Positions 1 through 15,627 of a DNA stretch of 64,000 nucleotides are shown here, one piece after another. The DNA comes from the human T2T-CHM13v2.0 reference genome, Homo sapiens: assembly GCF_009914755.1 (NCBI RefSeq), contig NC_060937.1. One strand, 5' to 3'. Position 1 is the first letter of the stretch. Each line of letters opens with the position of its first letter. Below the pieces are notes generated by a model. The model did no database searches. It saw only the letters and a list, made by a program, of their open reading frames with translations, and was not told the origin of the DNA. Both the position numbers and the translations under genes were made by a program.

Positions 1-474
1 ATAGAGGAGTTGGGATATTGGCTCCAAGCCAGGTGGCTACAACAGAATGATGTCCAGACCCAGCTCCTAATCTGCAGGGGCCCCATGACCCAAGAGGGAA
101 ATTTGCCCACTTGCTTTTTTCTTGCCAGTCTGCTGGTGTGCACACTTCTGGGACCCGGGCATGAATGCTGTGGCCCATCGCCCTAGGCTTGGCTGGATTC
201 TAGTCTTTGGAGTCAACAGGCTGCTAAATTCAGACAAGTGGAGCAAATCTAGCAAAATGGAGAACCAGTATTGCCACGTCAGGACGCAGCGCAGCTTCAC
301 CAGATGCAATCCCTGTGTCTGCTGGGGACTCCTTCCTAATTCACCAGTCCTGGGAAGGCAGGAAACAGTGAGCCATGCTTCGTTTCATAATCAAGCTGAG
401 AAGAAAAATGTGTGCTGGTCTCCACTCCATGACATTGATTATTGGGAGTTGGATAATTTTTGAAAAAGTGTTCA

Positions 475-813
<339 letters not shown>

Positions 814-1739
814 TTATTGCTACGAGTTAGAAGAAACAGTGTGTGAATGGCCAGGAACATGATGATGCTTTCTCACTCCAGCCAGACCAAGTTCAGGGGC
901 ACTGGCTGGAACCAGGAGTGGCCTCTGCTTTGCTGTTATGAGAAAGTAAGGACCATTGATGGTCAGTGTCCTGGGGTCTATTTTGAGAAGTCCCCGGGTC
1001 ACATGAGCATTGAGAGGGAGACTATTTACTGGTCTACTCCTGGACCATGTTCAAAACTACCAGGAGAAATGCACAAGCCCTGCCCACAACACCGTTGGTG
1101 TGCCCAATTGGTGATTTTCACCCTTCAGCAATTCATCCATTTATTCCATAAGCCTTTAACTGACCACATTTTCTGTGCCAGGTACTTGGGCTGGGGATAA
1201 AATGATGAGGAAAGTGAATGCAATTTCTGTCCTTAAGGAGCATTCAATCCAGCAGTGGAGAGCAAGAAAAATAATCATCTCCACAGTGAATGGATTAGGT
1301 GACAAGTGTTCCCTTTGCCTTGCCTAGCCAATCTAGCCAATATGCCAACATGGGCACTAACAGGATAGGTCAGCTTAGCCAAGGCCAGGAGCAGAATCCA
1401 TCTAGGCTGGAGGCTTAGACAGCGAGAGATTCAGAGGGTGACTTCTGGAGTAAGGCTGCTCTGGTCACTGTTTTTTCCCTGTCACTCTCTAGTTTTGTGA
1501 CCTTGGGCAGGTAACTGAGCATGTCCTGGTCTGTCTTTGCAGTTGTAGAAAGCGGGGTAGTGTCTCCTTTGTAGGGCTGCTGTGAGCCTCCAATGAACTG
1601 GTGCTCTTGCACAGAGCCTGGTACATGGGGAGTGTTGGCTGTTAGCGCACCAAGAGTTCATGGCCAGAAATTCAGTTTGTTGAAAGCAAGATTAACAAGA
1701 ACACTAATCTAAGCAGCACAGAGGCCCTGGGGAGTGTCA

Positions 1740-2324
<585 letters not shown>

Positions 2325-5251
2325 TTAAGTTTTAAAATCAGAAGGTTAAACTTAAACTTTCCCTCTTGCTCACCTTTAGGAAGAACAAGCTCAATCGAGG
2401 TCACATTCACCGTGGTGCACCTGTTTTTCAGCCCAACTATTCAGAGGAAGGCAGGACCAAATGTTGTTCTCTGTCTTGATTTTCACTGGAAGCATAAGAA
2501 GTGGGGATGCCTGTCCTGTGCGTGTGTGTAGGAGAGTTTAAGTTCATAGTAAAACTGCAATTGGAGCCCATTAGGGAGAGATTGGGCTGCTGACACACAT
2601 GGGAAGCAGTGCATTAGCCTATTTCCTTCCCGTAAAGACCTGTAAAAGCCAGTGTGATTTTTGCAGAATGAGACTCTTGCAGCCAGTAATCGGTTCGGGC
2701 AGCACCAGAAGCCCTGAAATCAACCAGACCGGGTCAAAGAGGCTCTGTGCTGGCTGTGGAATGGGAACTAATTTATCTTAACAGTCACAATGGTCAGATG
2801 GGGTCATCATCACCTTACTGCTTCTTGAGAGTTCTGCTGTTGCCAGAATTCCTTACATCCTCTGGGTTTTTTGGCGATCTAATGTGTGTGCTTGAGTTTT
2901 GTATCCCTTGAGAATACAAATGGCATCTTGTCTCAGCTGGAGAAGGGGAGAGAGGGGAGGGACTGGCCAAGGGGCAGCTTGTGAGTGTTGTCCTCAGAGC
3001 TGGAAGGCGATGTGGCTTTGGGAGCACCGTGTGCCACACTGAGGGCCTCACGCATGCCCAGCCATTTATCAGCTGAGTGTACCCAGCTCCTGGCCACGTG
3101 GTGGCCTGATGTAGTTTACCACTTACTTTATGCAATGAGGATCTCAAAAGAGTGTAATCGTGTGACTATTTATTCCTTATAAATCACTCACTGGCTTGTC
3201 TGGGACAATTCTTTCCCATTGATATCTGAGTTAGAGAAAGCCGACTGCTGCTGTGAACAGTCTCTGAGTAATTTGATCCTAAAACCATAACCCAGAAGCA
3301 ATCAAAGGCACAGCTCTGTTGGGGAGACAGGGCCTTCCCATGATGTGGCTTTGAACAACTCAGAAATCACTGACCTAAGTGATGGAAGAAGAATTTCCAG
3401 ATTCAGACCCACAAGGAATCCTTAACACTTTTGGATGGCACCACTCCAAGCCCAGAGCCGCTGCCGCAGGAGTCACCCCCATCGTGGCATCCCCCGGGGG
3501 ACCAGGGCACACAGTCCAGCACTGTCTAGTTTGTGATCATCCCTCTCATTCAAGGAGGTTCTATGCAGAGCTTTCCCCCGTGTGGTTTATGGTTTATTAT
3601 CCTGTTTGGAGCTCCTTTAAATTAAAACAATCCATGCCAGTGTGGCGCTCTCATTGTTGCCCCTGGTCTGTTTACTCCCAGCTCTCTTCAGGGAGGAAAA
3701 GGCTGGAAACTGCGTCCTAATGGCCCAATTAGTCCTAATGCTGCGTAGTGTTGACTGTTTAGTCACTACCATATTGTGTACAGAACTAATTGTGGTGAAA
3801 GCAAATGAATGGTCAGGAAACAAACAGGCTACTAGAAAATAATTACTTGGAGTGTTTCTCTTTAGTACCTGTGCAGCGGATTTCATTATAGTCAACAGCC
3901 TCTAAGCTGCTCGAAATAGTGGTATTTGTCATTTTCATAGAAACTTGATAATGACATTAATTTATCTTAATGGCCTGTTCTATTGTTATAAATAGTAAAA
4001 TTAGCTTAAATTGTCTTGCTTTTGCTGGTTTTGGATGGCTGCAAAGGGCCCCACAGCAGCCGACGAGTAGATAATTTGGTGTGCTTGACAAATTTCCAAT
4101 AATTTGTTATGTGGAACATGAGTAATGCTAGTACCATTAATGTTCATTTTCCTCTAAATTCATTACTGCCCTTTTCCCTTTTATCTTTTTTAATGTCTGG
4201 GCCATTTTTCTATATTTCAAGTGGAGCCACAGAGCCTATTCATATTCAGCCGGCTATTAACATTCTGCACATAGCGAACATCCTGTAGAAAAACAACTCT
4301 TTATGAAATGATGAGCCTGGTTGCTCTATCTGAGAGAAAAGCAGGCAAAATGGGGCTTACTGGTATCAGGGCCTGGGTATAATTAAGTCAAATGTAATTT
4401 TAAAGAAATTTAAATGTTTTCATTTTATGGCAAAGGTAAAACACACTCCAGGGAGAATCGAAGAAGGTGTAAATGCACTAATAACATTCATTCCTCCCTT
4501 TCATATTCCTCCTATTTCAACTTCACATGGCATTTTATCAAAGGTTATTATTCAGCATTCTCTATAAATTTGATTCTAATTAATCCCTAAGAAATATGGT
4601 GACTAATTTCATTTCTGTAAGCAGATATGTTGACATCTGAACAAATGTGAGGACTCTTTTTTACTAGAAAAACCCCTAGAATTTAGTATGCTTACTTTCA
4701 GTTCCACATCTTTGTCTTTCATTCATTATGGGTTGGGAGAGGCCGCATCATCAGTTGATTCAGTCTTTCTGCAGTTTCTAAGCATCTCCTCTACTTTCTT
4801 TCGCGTTGTCATATGAAGGCCACCAAACAATAAAGAGGCTGACTAGAGCTTTATATCAATTAAATAATGTATGTAAAACATGTACATTACAAACATGAAA
4901 ACAATGTGTGCAATATCTATCCTGTACAAAGGAAAGGACATTGAGACCCAAATCCAATTTATTTCTACAATTTGGGTAGAATGATGTTGAAAGCTCAGGG
5001 CTTATCTACATTAATTCTTAGACTGGTACAACCCACCCCACTTTCACTCCAGGTTAAAATGCCCATCTAGAGTATAAAGAAAACACAAGCATATCTGGGG
5101 AGAAATAGGCATCTTAAGAAAAAAGAAATGTTGGCTTTCTTAGGATGCCTTGCTTTCTGAAAAAGGAAGAGTCTCCTTTCTGGAATTGTGCAAAACTCTT
5201 CCCAGTATTGTCTGGTCCTATTGGGGAATGCCAAGGAGGAAAGATTAGCTA

Positions 5252-5433
<182 letters not shown>

Positions 5434-7182
5434 TAGACCTTAGACATTTCTGTCAACCTAAAAGTCCCTGGATGACGACTTTTACACTGAAACAGAAAAT
5501 CATCATTTAAAGAACTTTTCTTTTCATGAGACAAAATTATTCCTCTTTTTCCACTAATACAAACAGATTTTAAAAGCAGCCTATTCAATAAAATCACCCA
5601 AATGTACTCCTGAGTGTGTACCCAGGCTCTTCAAACCTCAGGGAGGGATGAAGCATAATGTACTAATAATGTAATGTATCAGCGGGGCAATTCATAAAAT
5701 ATTTATCCTAAAACAGAAAATGTGTCTGTCTGCCTTGTTCATTTATAAAATAATAGTTTAGGGGAATTAGGTACCAGCTAGATCCCTTAGTCAATGTAGT
5801 TGGCTTCACCCAGAGTCCATTAGACTAGGTTATGTATCTGCTAAGGAAGACGCAGCCTGTCAGCGGTGCATAATGGATCATGAAAGATAAATGGAATTAG
5901 GCAATTGAATAATTAGAGTGGTGCCTCCCAGAGTGGCTCTAAGTAAAGGGTTGCAGGGATTTCCATTAGAAACCTCCATTTCCATGGTTAGAAATCCATC
6001 TGGAAAAATTTGGCTGGGGCTGAAAGTTAGTACCAGGTGGGGCACTGAAGGGAAAGAATCTCCCCAGAGGCGCTGTGGTCCTCAAAGGCCAAGGCTGAGT
6101 GATTTAGGAGTCATGATGCTGGAGAGACTCAAGCCCCACTCCCTTCCTCACCTAAGTCAGCCTCCCAGGCACCAAAGCACCAGATCTGATGGAAGCGAAC
6201 ATTTCCCAGCTTGGGGGAAGGGTGTTATGTCTGATCTGCTCCTCTGTCCTCAGGCTTGGAGCACACAGTGATGTCTTAGGGAAAGGCTGTGCTGTGAATG
6301 GTGTGCCCCGGGACAGTGCAGTCTACAATCTACACAACTGTGCGAAGCCTCCCTTCAAGGGCCACATCCCCAACACCTAGCAGAGTGCCTGGCACACAGA
6401 AGCTGCTCAACAATATCCGATTAATACACAAACAAATTACTGTGATCTTTACAGAATTCAATGAGAAGCAAGAGGAGACAAATTGCAAACGAAGGTATTC
6501 CTAGGCTTGGCAGGCAAAGTTAGAAGAAGAATAGCTGCAGCTCTGTGCAGATGCCTTATGAGAAGAGAATAAAATCTCTGGGCCAGTTCTGAAGACCCCA
6601 GAATCAATTTCTTCAGTCACCGGTGTTTACTGAGCAGCTACAATGTACCAGGCTGTTCTAAGTGCTGGCAACACAAAGATGAAAACACAAGGATCCTGCC
6701 TTGGGGAGCTTTGTGTGTATGGGAGAGACATCAAGCTGGAGTAAAGGATGGTGCCCAGGGCAGGGGAGCACTAGGAAAGAGCCTCTCAGTCTGCCTGGAG
6801 AGCCCTGAGGGCTCTAAGCACACTAGTGTGAAGTAAAACCCACACCAACATTCAATTGCCTATGTTCATTCAACAGGATCTAGCTCTATTCTGAAAACTA
6901 CTGGTGGAGGGAAAGGTTTTTATTCAATATGTGACTACAAATATAGGGAAAAGCAAAGTCATCTGGCCCCTGGCTTGGCCTCTTATTAGGTGAGAAACCT
7001 TGGGCAAGCCACCGAACATCTTTAAGCTTCAGTTTCCTCAATGTTAAAATGTTAATAGGTTGATAATAGCCAACTCACAGGTTCTGGGGTTTAAGCGAGA
7101 GATCCTATGCCTGAGCATACTGTGAACTCTATGTGTGCACAGTTTAGTTATGGCCAACACTATTTAAGGGAAATTTGAGTAA

Positions 7183-7503
<321 letters not shown>

Positions 7504-9607
7504 CATGTAGCTTTCATACATGAAATACATGACATGTTTTCATCCACCACACACATTTGCATTAGGTCATTGGGCCCTATTTTATAGAGGAGGAAAATGT
7601 GACTTGAGAAGGCTGGGTAATTTGCTCTAATTCAATTGATTCATAATATGGGCGGGACTCAATCTCAGGGCACGGCGCTGTTAGGCAGCAGGTTTTGCTT
7701 CGCCTGCACAGAGGGGAGGGCCTGGCACAGCAGGGCGCAAGCCGGGAACTCGTGCGTGGACACACAAGCCTGGTCCACAGTGGAGATGGGTTTCCACCTG
7801 CAAGCTCCTGCTGGTGGAGATGCACCAGGGACAGATGCTCCCAAGGAAGTGCTGTTAGGGGCTGGTGTGTGACCATCGTGGCTTCAGGGAGCCAGCCTTG
7901 GGAGGGCCAATGGCCTCATTACTGTCCACACAGTTGCTTTATTAACAACTTTGCCCAGAGTGGCCCATAAATGGTTCAGCACCTCTTGAGGTCTTGCTCA
8001 ATACAAAGGTGTGCTTCCATCCTGTTTTCTTCTCCATCTTCCTGATCCTCATCCCTCCTCCTTCTGTCCCGAGCCCACCCTCACTGTGTGCTGGCCCCCG
8101 TCTGGCCTGCTGCTGCCACATTCTCACACTAACAACCCTTCCCACTTCTCTATCTCCAGCTGTCTCTTTCACCCAGCTCCTTCATGTCAGCTTAAAGATA
8201 TTCTCCATCCTCCCAATCCTAAACATAAATTCCTTAAACAACAGTCTTCCAGCCATTCTTTGGGTCCCTCAGCTATCGTAAGAATCCAGGTTCTGTCCCC
8301 GGCCCTCTATCTCCATCCCCTTCATGCAGGCTCTGCTTTTGCTGTGGTGACTGATGACCTCCTGCCTGGACATCCAGTGTCTTCACCCAGCCTGTCGTCA
8401 GCATGTCCTCAAACAAGTGGTGGGTACTGGTTTTGTGCCTCCTTCTCAGGGCTCTCTTCTCCCTGCAACACCCTCTTATCTTTCCACTTGTCCATCTACA
8501 CCATCATTGATTCCTCCTCCTGCTCCAGCCCTTGCAAACTTGGTTTTCCCTACTTCTTTGTCCCATAGCCTCAATGCTATGTTCATACATATCATATAGG
8601 TGATACTGTCCTCTTCACCTGTGATCCTGATACTGAAAACATCCAGGTCAATGAGCAGATCCCATTGCTCTCTGTCCCTTCCTGGCAGCATTTTTATCCT
8701 TCCCTTCTTCCCTCTTTGTCTCTCTCTTTCTTACAATATTTATTCAGTGCCTGCCATGTGTCTGCTTCTGTGCTTGGCCCTGGATACTGAGAAAGACTGA
8801 TGGGGTCCACCCTAGCTCTGGGCCTGAGTGATCCTCGCAGTCTGCTGCCACCTGCCCCAGGACATCCCTCCCACAAGGAAACCACCCAGGTGTTCCATCC
8901 TGAAGCTTTAGAAACAGCTCACATTTCACCTCTCCCTCTCACTTCACATCCAATCCAACCCAAGCCCTCTCATCCTTGTCTCATAAACGTGCCTCATCCT
9001 GCAGCCACTGTCCTCTGCTTCCTGCTGTTGTTGCTGGTTATCTTCCCATAACTGGAACCCTGCTGGGGTTACCCAACTGCTCTCTGGCTCCTGTCCCACC
9101 CTCCATTCTGGTTTCCGCGCACCAACAGAATGGTCTTGCTAAAGTGCAAAATGCGCCATTTGTTCTTTCAACATCTGCTGTGCAGGGTGCTGGAGATGCA
9201 ATGGTGGAGCAGCAGGTGACGCGCCTGCCCTCGGGAGCTTACAGCCCAGGCTGGGTGGAGATGGACACTGCAGTGTTGTGGGGGTCTCAAGGGAGATGTG
9301 CTGTAGGCTGGGACCCTTCGATGGCTCCTATCAGTTCAAGCTCAATCTCCTTAAATGATAACTCAGGCCCTTCCCATCTAGTGCCCACCTACATTGCTGG
9401 TGCCATCTCCCACATCCCCCCGGTGTCCTTCACACTCACCACACACCAGCTCGCCAGTCCTTGAAGATGCCCTGGGCTCTTTCAAGGCTCCACACTTAGG
9501 GGTGCTCTTATCTGCCAGGACGTTCTCTACTCTTTTTTCTTTCTGCTTAAAAATGTTAATTGTGATAAAACATACACAAATAAAATGTACCATCTTGACC
9601 ATTTTTA

Positions 9608-9917
<310 letters not shown>

Positions 9918-10684
9918 GATGCAGTTCAGCGGCATTAAGGACATTCCCATTGCTGTGCAACCATCATTACCATCCATCTCCAGAATTCTTTCATCCTGCA
10001 AAACTGAAACTTTGTACCTGTTAAACACTAACTCCCACTCCCTTTCCCCTCAGCCCTTTGCAACCTCTGCTCTGTTTTCTTTAAAAAAAAATTATTTTTA
10101 ATTATTTGGGGTACATAATAGGTATATATATTTATGGGTACATGCAATGTTTTGATACAGACATATGATGTGTAATGATCAAATCTGGGTAATTGGGGAT
10201 ATTCATCACCTCAAGCACTTATCATTTCTTTGTGTTAGGAATCTTCCAATTCTACCCTTTTAGTTATTTAAAAATATACAATAGATTACTGTTGGCTATA
10301 GTCACCCTGTTGTGTATCAAACACTAGATCCTATTCATTCTATCTAATTGTATTTGTGTACCCATTAACCATCCCTACTTTATCTCCCTCTACTTCTGTC
10401 TCTGGATTTGACCACCCTAAACACCTCATGTAAGTGGAATCATACAGTTTTTGTCCTTTTGTGACCGGCTTATTTCACTTAGCATAATGTCCTCAAAGTT
10501 CATCACATTGTATCATGTGTCAGAATTTCCTTTCTTTTCAGGGCTGAATAATATTTCATTATATCTGTATCTAGCTCACATTTTGTTTATCTATTCATCC
10601 AGCAATGGACACTTGGATTGCTTCCATCTCTTGGCTATTGCGAAAAATTCTGCAGTGAACATAGGTGTCCACATAGTTCTTTGA

Positions 10685-11048
<364 letters not shown>

Positions 11049-11519
11049 GGTAGTGCTATTTTTTGAGGGACTGTCATACTGTTTTCCATAGTGGCTGCAC
11101 CATTTACATCCCCACCAACAGTGCACAGGGTTCCCATTGCTCTATCATTCCCAACACTTATTATTTTACATTCTTTTTGATAGTAGCCTAATGGGTGCGT
11201 GGTGTATTTCACTGTGGTTCTACTCATCTTTGACCTCACTCAAACCTCTTCTCTCCTATTAAAATTCCCCTGATTTCCCCAAGCAGAGGTAGTGTCCCAC
11301 AACCCCTGCCTCCCAGTCGATCACATTTCATGAGGTTCTATATGTATTTGCTGATCCGTATCCCCTCAGGATCTTGAGTTCCTAGAGGACGGTCTCATTT
11401 AGTCAGTGAGGTGTCCTCAGCATTCCAGGCACAAGAACTATTTTAGAAGTGTTTGTTGAATGAATAAAAAGTGTTGTATCACACGTATTTAACACATTTT
11501 TGTTTGTTGATTTGCTGGT

Positions 11520-12170
11520 TTTAATTTTTTATCAAACTATAGCTTACATATGTTAAAGTGCACATATTAAGTGTGCAGCTCCGTGATTTTTTTACATTTC
11601 CACTTGTGCAACCATCATCCAGAGCAAGATGTAGAACATTTCCAACACCCTAAAAAACTCCCCAGTCAAATACTTGCCCCACCACAAAAGTAACTCCTGT
11701 TTTGATTTTTAAAAACTCTCGATTGGTATGCCTGCATTTGAACATTCTACAAATGAAATCATGGAGAATGTACTCTTAAGTGTCTGCAAGATTCACCCGC
11801 ATTGCTGTGTGTGTCAGTGACTCACTCCTTTCGATTGCTGAGCTCTGCTCCATTGTCTGAATGTACCACAGTTTACTTATTCACTCTCCTGTTGGTAGAT
11901 ATTTGGATTGTTTCTAGTTTCTTGGCTATGGTGAATAAAGATGCTCCAAATATCTTGTACATGTTATTTGAAAGATATATGCACTCATTTCTCTTATGTA
12001 CATGACTTAGAGTGGATTTTGCACAGCTTTAGTAGGTAGTCCCAAACAGTTTCCAAGCAGGTGAGTAAATTTACAACCCACTCCCCAACAATGAGTTCTG
12101 GTTGCTCCTTATTCTCACCAACACTTGGGTATTGTCATTCTTTTAATTTCAGTCATTCTGGTGGTGGAGC
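11520..12170 (-). mobile_element. Old L1ME-like 3' fragment
   Basis: Degenerate antisense L1 3'-end motifs. Confidence 0.6.
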
Positions 12171-12277
12171 ATAGCCACCATGAAATTAACAAACCATGAT
12201 CTTGTATCTAATTTCAAACTTCTTCTTGGTAGCAAAATTTTTATTTTTTACCAGCCTTTTAAAAATCACTTGTCACT

Positions 12278-12761
12278 CACATGCACACGTATGTTTATTG
12301 CGGCACTATTCACAATAGCAAAGACTTAGAACCAACCCAAATGTCCATCAATGATAGACTGGATTAAGAAAATGTAGCACATATACACCATGGAATACTA
12401 TGCAGCCATAAAAAATGATGAGTTCATGTCCTTTGTAGGGACATGGATGAAGCTGGAAACCATCATTCTCAGCAAACTATTGCAAGGACAAAAAACCAAA
12501 CACCACATGTTCTCACTCATAGGTGGGAATTGAACAATGAGAACACTTGGACACAGGAACAGGAACATCACACACTGGGGCCTGTTGTGGGTCGGGGGGC
12601 GGCGGGAGGGATAGCATTAGGGGATATACCTAATGTAAATGGCGAGTTAATGGGTGCAGCACACCAACACGGCACATGTATAAATATATAACAAACCTGC
12701 ACATTGTGCACATGTACCCTAGAACTTAAAGTATAATAAAAATAAATAAATAAATAAAAAT
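12278..12761 (+). mobile_element. 5'-truncated L1PA (end of ORF2, 3' UTR, A-rich tail)
   Basis: Close to the primate L1PA 3' end (GTACCCTAGAACTTAAAGTATAATAAAAA). Perfect 17-bp TSD AAAAATCACTTGTCACT at 12261-12277 and 12762-12778, at a TTTT/AAAA endonuclease site. Confidence 0.95.
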
Positions 12762-12785
12762 AAAAATCACTTGTCACTGATAATT

Positions 12786-13123
12786 TCTTTGTCTTTCTTT
12801 TTCTTTTTCTTTTTTTTTTTTTTTGTGAGACACGGTCTCACTCTGTTGTGAGGGCTGCAGTGCAGTGGTACAATCCTAACTCACCACAGCCTTGAACCCC
12901 TGGCCTCCAGGGATTCTCCTGCTTCAGCCTCTCATGTAGCTGGGACTATAGGCGTGTTCCACCATGCCTGGCTAATTTTTTATTTTTTGTAGAGATGGGG
13001 TCTCACTATGTTGCCTAGGCTGGTCTTGAACTCCTGGGCTCAAGTAATCCTCCTGCGTTGGCCTCCCAAAGTGCTAGGATTACAGGCCTGTAATTTTGTA
13101 ATTGTGTAATTGACACACCTGGC
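12786..13123 (-). mobile_element. AluJ-like
   Basis: Diverged antisense Alu dimer. Confidence 0.9.
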
Positions 13124-13207
13124 AGATAATTTCTTCTATTTATTAAGTGCCAGTATATTTACCTCCTTCTACATTTGAGATATATATTAAATACACTTTT
13201 TATGTAA

Positions 13208-13440
13208 GTTTTTTTTTTTTTTTTTGAGGCAGCCTTGCTCTGTCACCCAGACTAGAGTGCAGTGGCACTCCACCTTCCAGGTTCAAGAAATTCTCCTGTC
13301 TCAGCCACCTGAGTAGCTGGGATTACAGGCATGCACCATCACACCCAACTAATTCTTGTATTTTTGGTAGAGACAGAGTTTCACCATGTTGACCAGGTTG
13401 GTCTCGAACTCCTGGCCTCCCAAAGTGCTGGGATTATAGG
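13208..13440 (-). mobile_element. Alu with internal deletions
   Basis: Antisense Alu lacking two internal segments of roughly 25 bp each. Confidence 0.85.
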
Positions 13441-13599
13441 TGCTGGGATTAAAATAGGACCGCATGCGGCCTATTTTAGCATTTTTAGTAGGGTTGTTAA
13501 AGCCTGTTGAAACTGTTGGGCTGAAGTTCTCTCCCCACTTTAGCATGAGAGGAGTTACAGCATGGGGCTTGAGAGGCCTGGACTGAGAATGCTCTGGTG

Positions 13600-13795
13600 G
13601 AAATTCCAGCTCTGCCACAGAGCTGCTGTGTGACTTTGGGCAAGTTTATACAAGCTCTTGGTAACTCAGTTTCTTCATCCATAAAATAGAGATAATAATA
13701 TAATATGCCTTATGAAGTTGTCATTAGTATTAAATTAATTATTGCACTTGAACTCCTGGTGCAGAGTTAATTCTCATTAAATATTAGCTGTTATT
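13600..13795 (+). mobile_element. MIR
   Basis: MIR core TGTGTGACTTTGGGCAAGT...CTCAGTTTCTTCATCCATAAAAT. Confidence 0.75.
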
Positions 13796-14609
13796 GTCAC
13801 CCAGTTCCCCATGACACTATTAAAATCACTTCCTTTCCCATTATTTTCTTATTCCCAGTTAGTCTTAATAATAGCTCCCAAAAAGGTTAGGCATATATAA
13901 GGAATCTGTGCTTTATTTTAATCATTATTTTTCCTCTTCTTATGCTGATATCATCTAGTTTTGTTGATTGTCATTTAACAATATATTTTATAGTTATCTG
14001 AGAAGTTTAATTATCCTGGTTCTGCTGTTATTTTCCTTCCCAAATGCAATACTCTTAACTATTTATTCTTCCAGATGGATTTTGATGTGATTTCTGTGGG
14101 AATTTTAATTGCTAAAGGAGCTCTTCCGTCTTTAGCATTTTAAATTGTCCTAGACTGAAACAGAGCCCAACACCCAATTCTTCAATACTTTATTTATTTC
14201 TCCCTCCAGAATTTTGTAATTTTTTTCCATACCAGGTTAATTTCCAAGTATATTCTTTAAAACTTTTGTGAACTGGATTTCCTCCTTCACTGTTCTTAGT
14301 TTATCCCTTATATTAGAAAGTGATTGTATTTGTGGATTTCTCTTACAGCGTGTCAGTTTGGGGAACCCATTGATAGTCTCTAATAGTATTTTTCTGCTTG
14401 GTGAGAGAGCAAACAACAGTGGGAAGGACATGGGCTTTGGGGCAGATGGGCCAGGCTGAACCACACCTCCTTTCATGACTTGCATGTAAGACTTCGGGCA
14501 AGTTTCCATCTTCCCTGAGACTCAGGGTCCTTATTGGTAAGGGGGGCACGCAACTACAGCTAGGGAGGGCTTGTGCTGCAACTCTAGAGCTTCTTTTTTA
14601 AATATCATA

Positions 14610-15165
14610 CAACCTGCTGGGTATATACCCAAAAGAACTGAAAGCAGGATCTCAAAATGGTATTTGAACATCCACATTCATAGCAGCATTATTCACAATA
14701 GCCAAGAAGGGAAGGTAACCCAAGTGTCCATTGATGGGTGAATGGATAAAAAAAAAATAATATATACATACAATGGAATACGATTCGGCCTTAAAGAGGA
14801 ATGAAGCTCTGACACATGCTATAACATGAATGAACCTTGAGGACATTAAGCTAAGTGAAATAAACCAGTCACAAAGAGCAAATATTATAAAACTTAATAT
14901 GACGTGCCAAGAGTAGCCAAATAGAGACAGAAAGTAGAATGGTGGTTGCCAGTGGCTGGGATCTGGAGAAAAAGAGAGTTATTGTTTAATGAGAACAGAC
15001 TTTCAGTTGTGCAAGATGGAAGAGTTCTGGAGATGGATGGTGGTGATGGTTGCACAATCATGTGACTATACTTAATGCCAATGAACCATCCACTTCAAGA
15101 TGATCAAGAAGGTATATTTTATGTTACCATGCATACCATGTGTATTTTACCACAATTACAAAGAA
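14610..15165 (+). mobile_element. L1MB-like 3' end
   Basis: CAGCATTATTCACAATAGCCAAG...GGAGATGGATGGTGGTGATGGTTGCACAA. Confidence 0.85.
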
Positions 15166-15571
15166 TAATAACTTTTAAAAATTATATAAGCTGGAGTTGC
15201 CATTCTGGAAACAGATCCTGAGCAGATGGAAGTTATCAGTGCAGCAAAACTTTCATATCTCCTGATATGTGATAAAGGGAGTCACATTTGCTCCTTTCTT
15301 AAGCTAGTAAGTTGAAGGGAAGAGTATTCCTTCCACATGCTACACTGGTGGGTAAGTGGGGGATTCCAGGTGAGAGTAAGGGGAGCACAAAGAAGCACAT
15401 GTAGAATAATCTTGTTTATAACATTAATAACATTAAATTAGCATGTAGTATTTATTGAGTCTTTGTGCTAAACATTTTAAATCATTAATCATTCCTTTAT
15501 TAAGTATCCATAGCAACCCATGAGGTAAGAATTATTCTAATTTTCCCAGCAGGAAAACTGAGGTTTAGGGA

Positions 15572-15627
15572 GGTGTGTGTTTGTGTGTGTGTATGTGTGT
15601 GTATGTGTGTGTCTGAGAGAGAGAGAG
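15572..15627. repeat. (GT)n(GA)n compound microsatellite
   Basis: Seen directly in the sequence. Confidence 0.9.

Noticed and set aside
8011-9464. 185-aa and 162-aa ORFs
   Set aside because: Pyrimidine-rich, L2-like degenerate sequence with no recognisable domain or exon structure.
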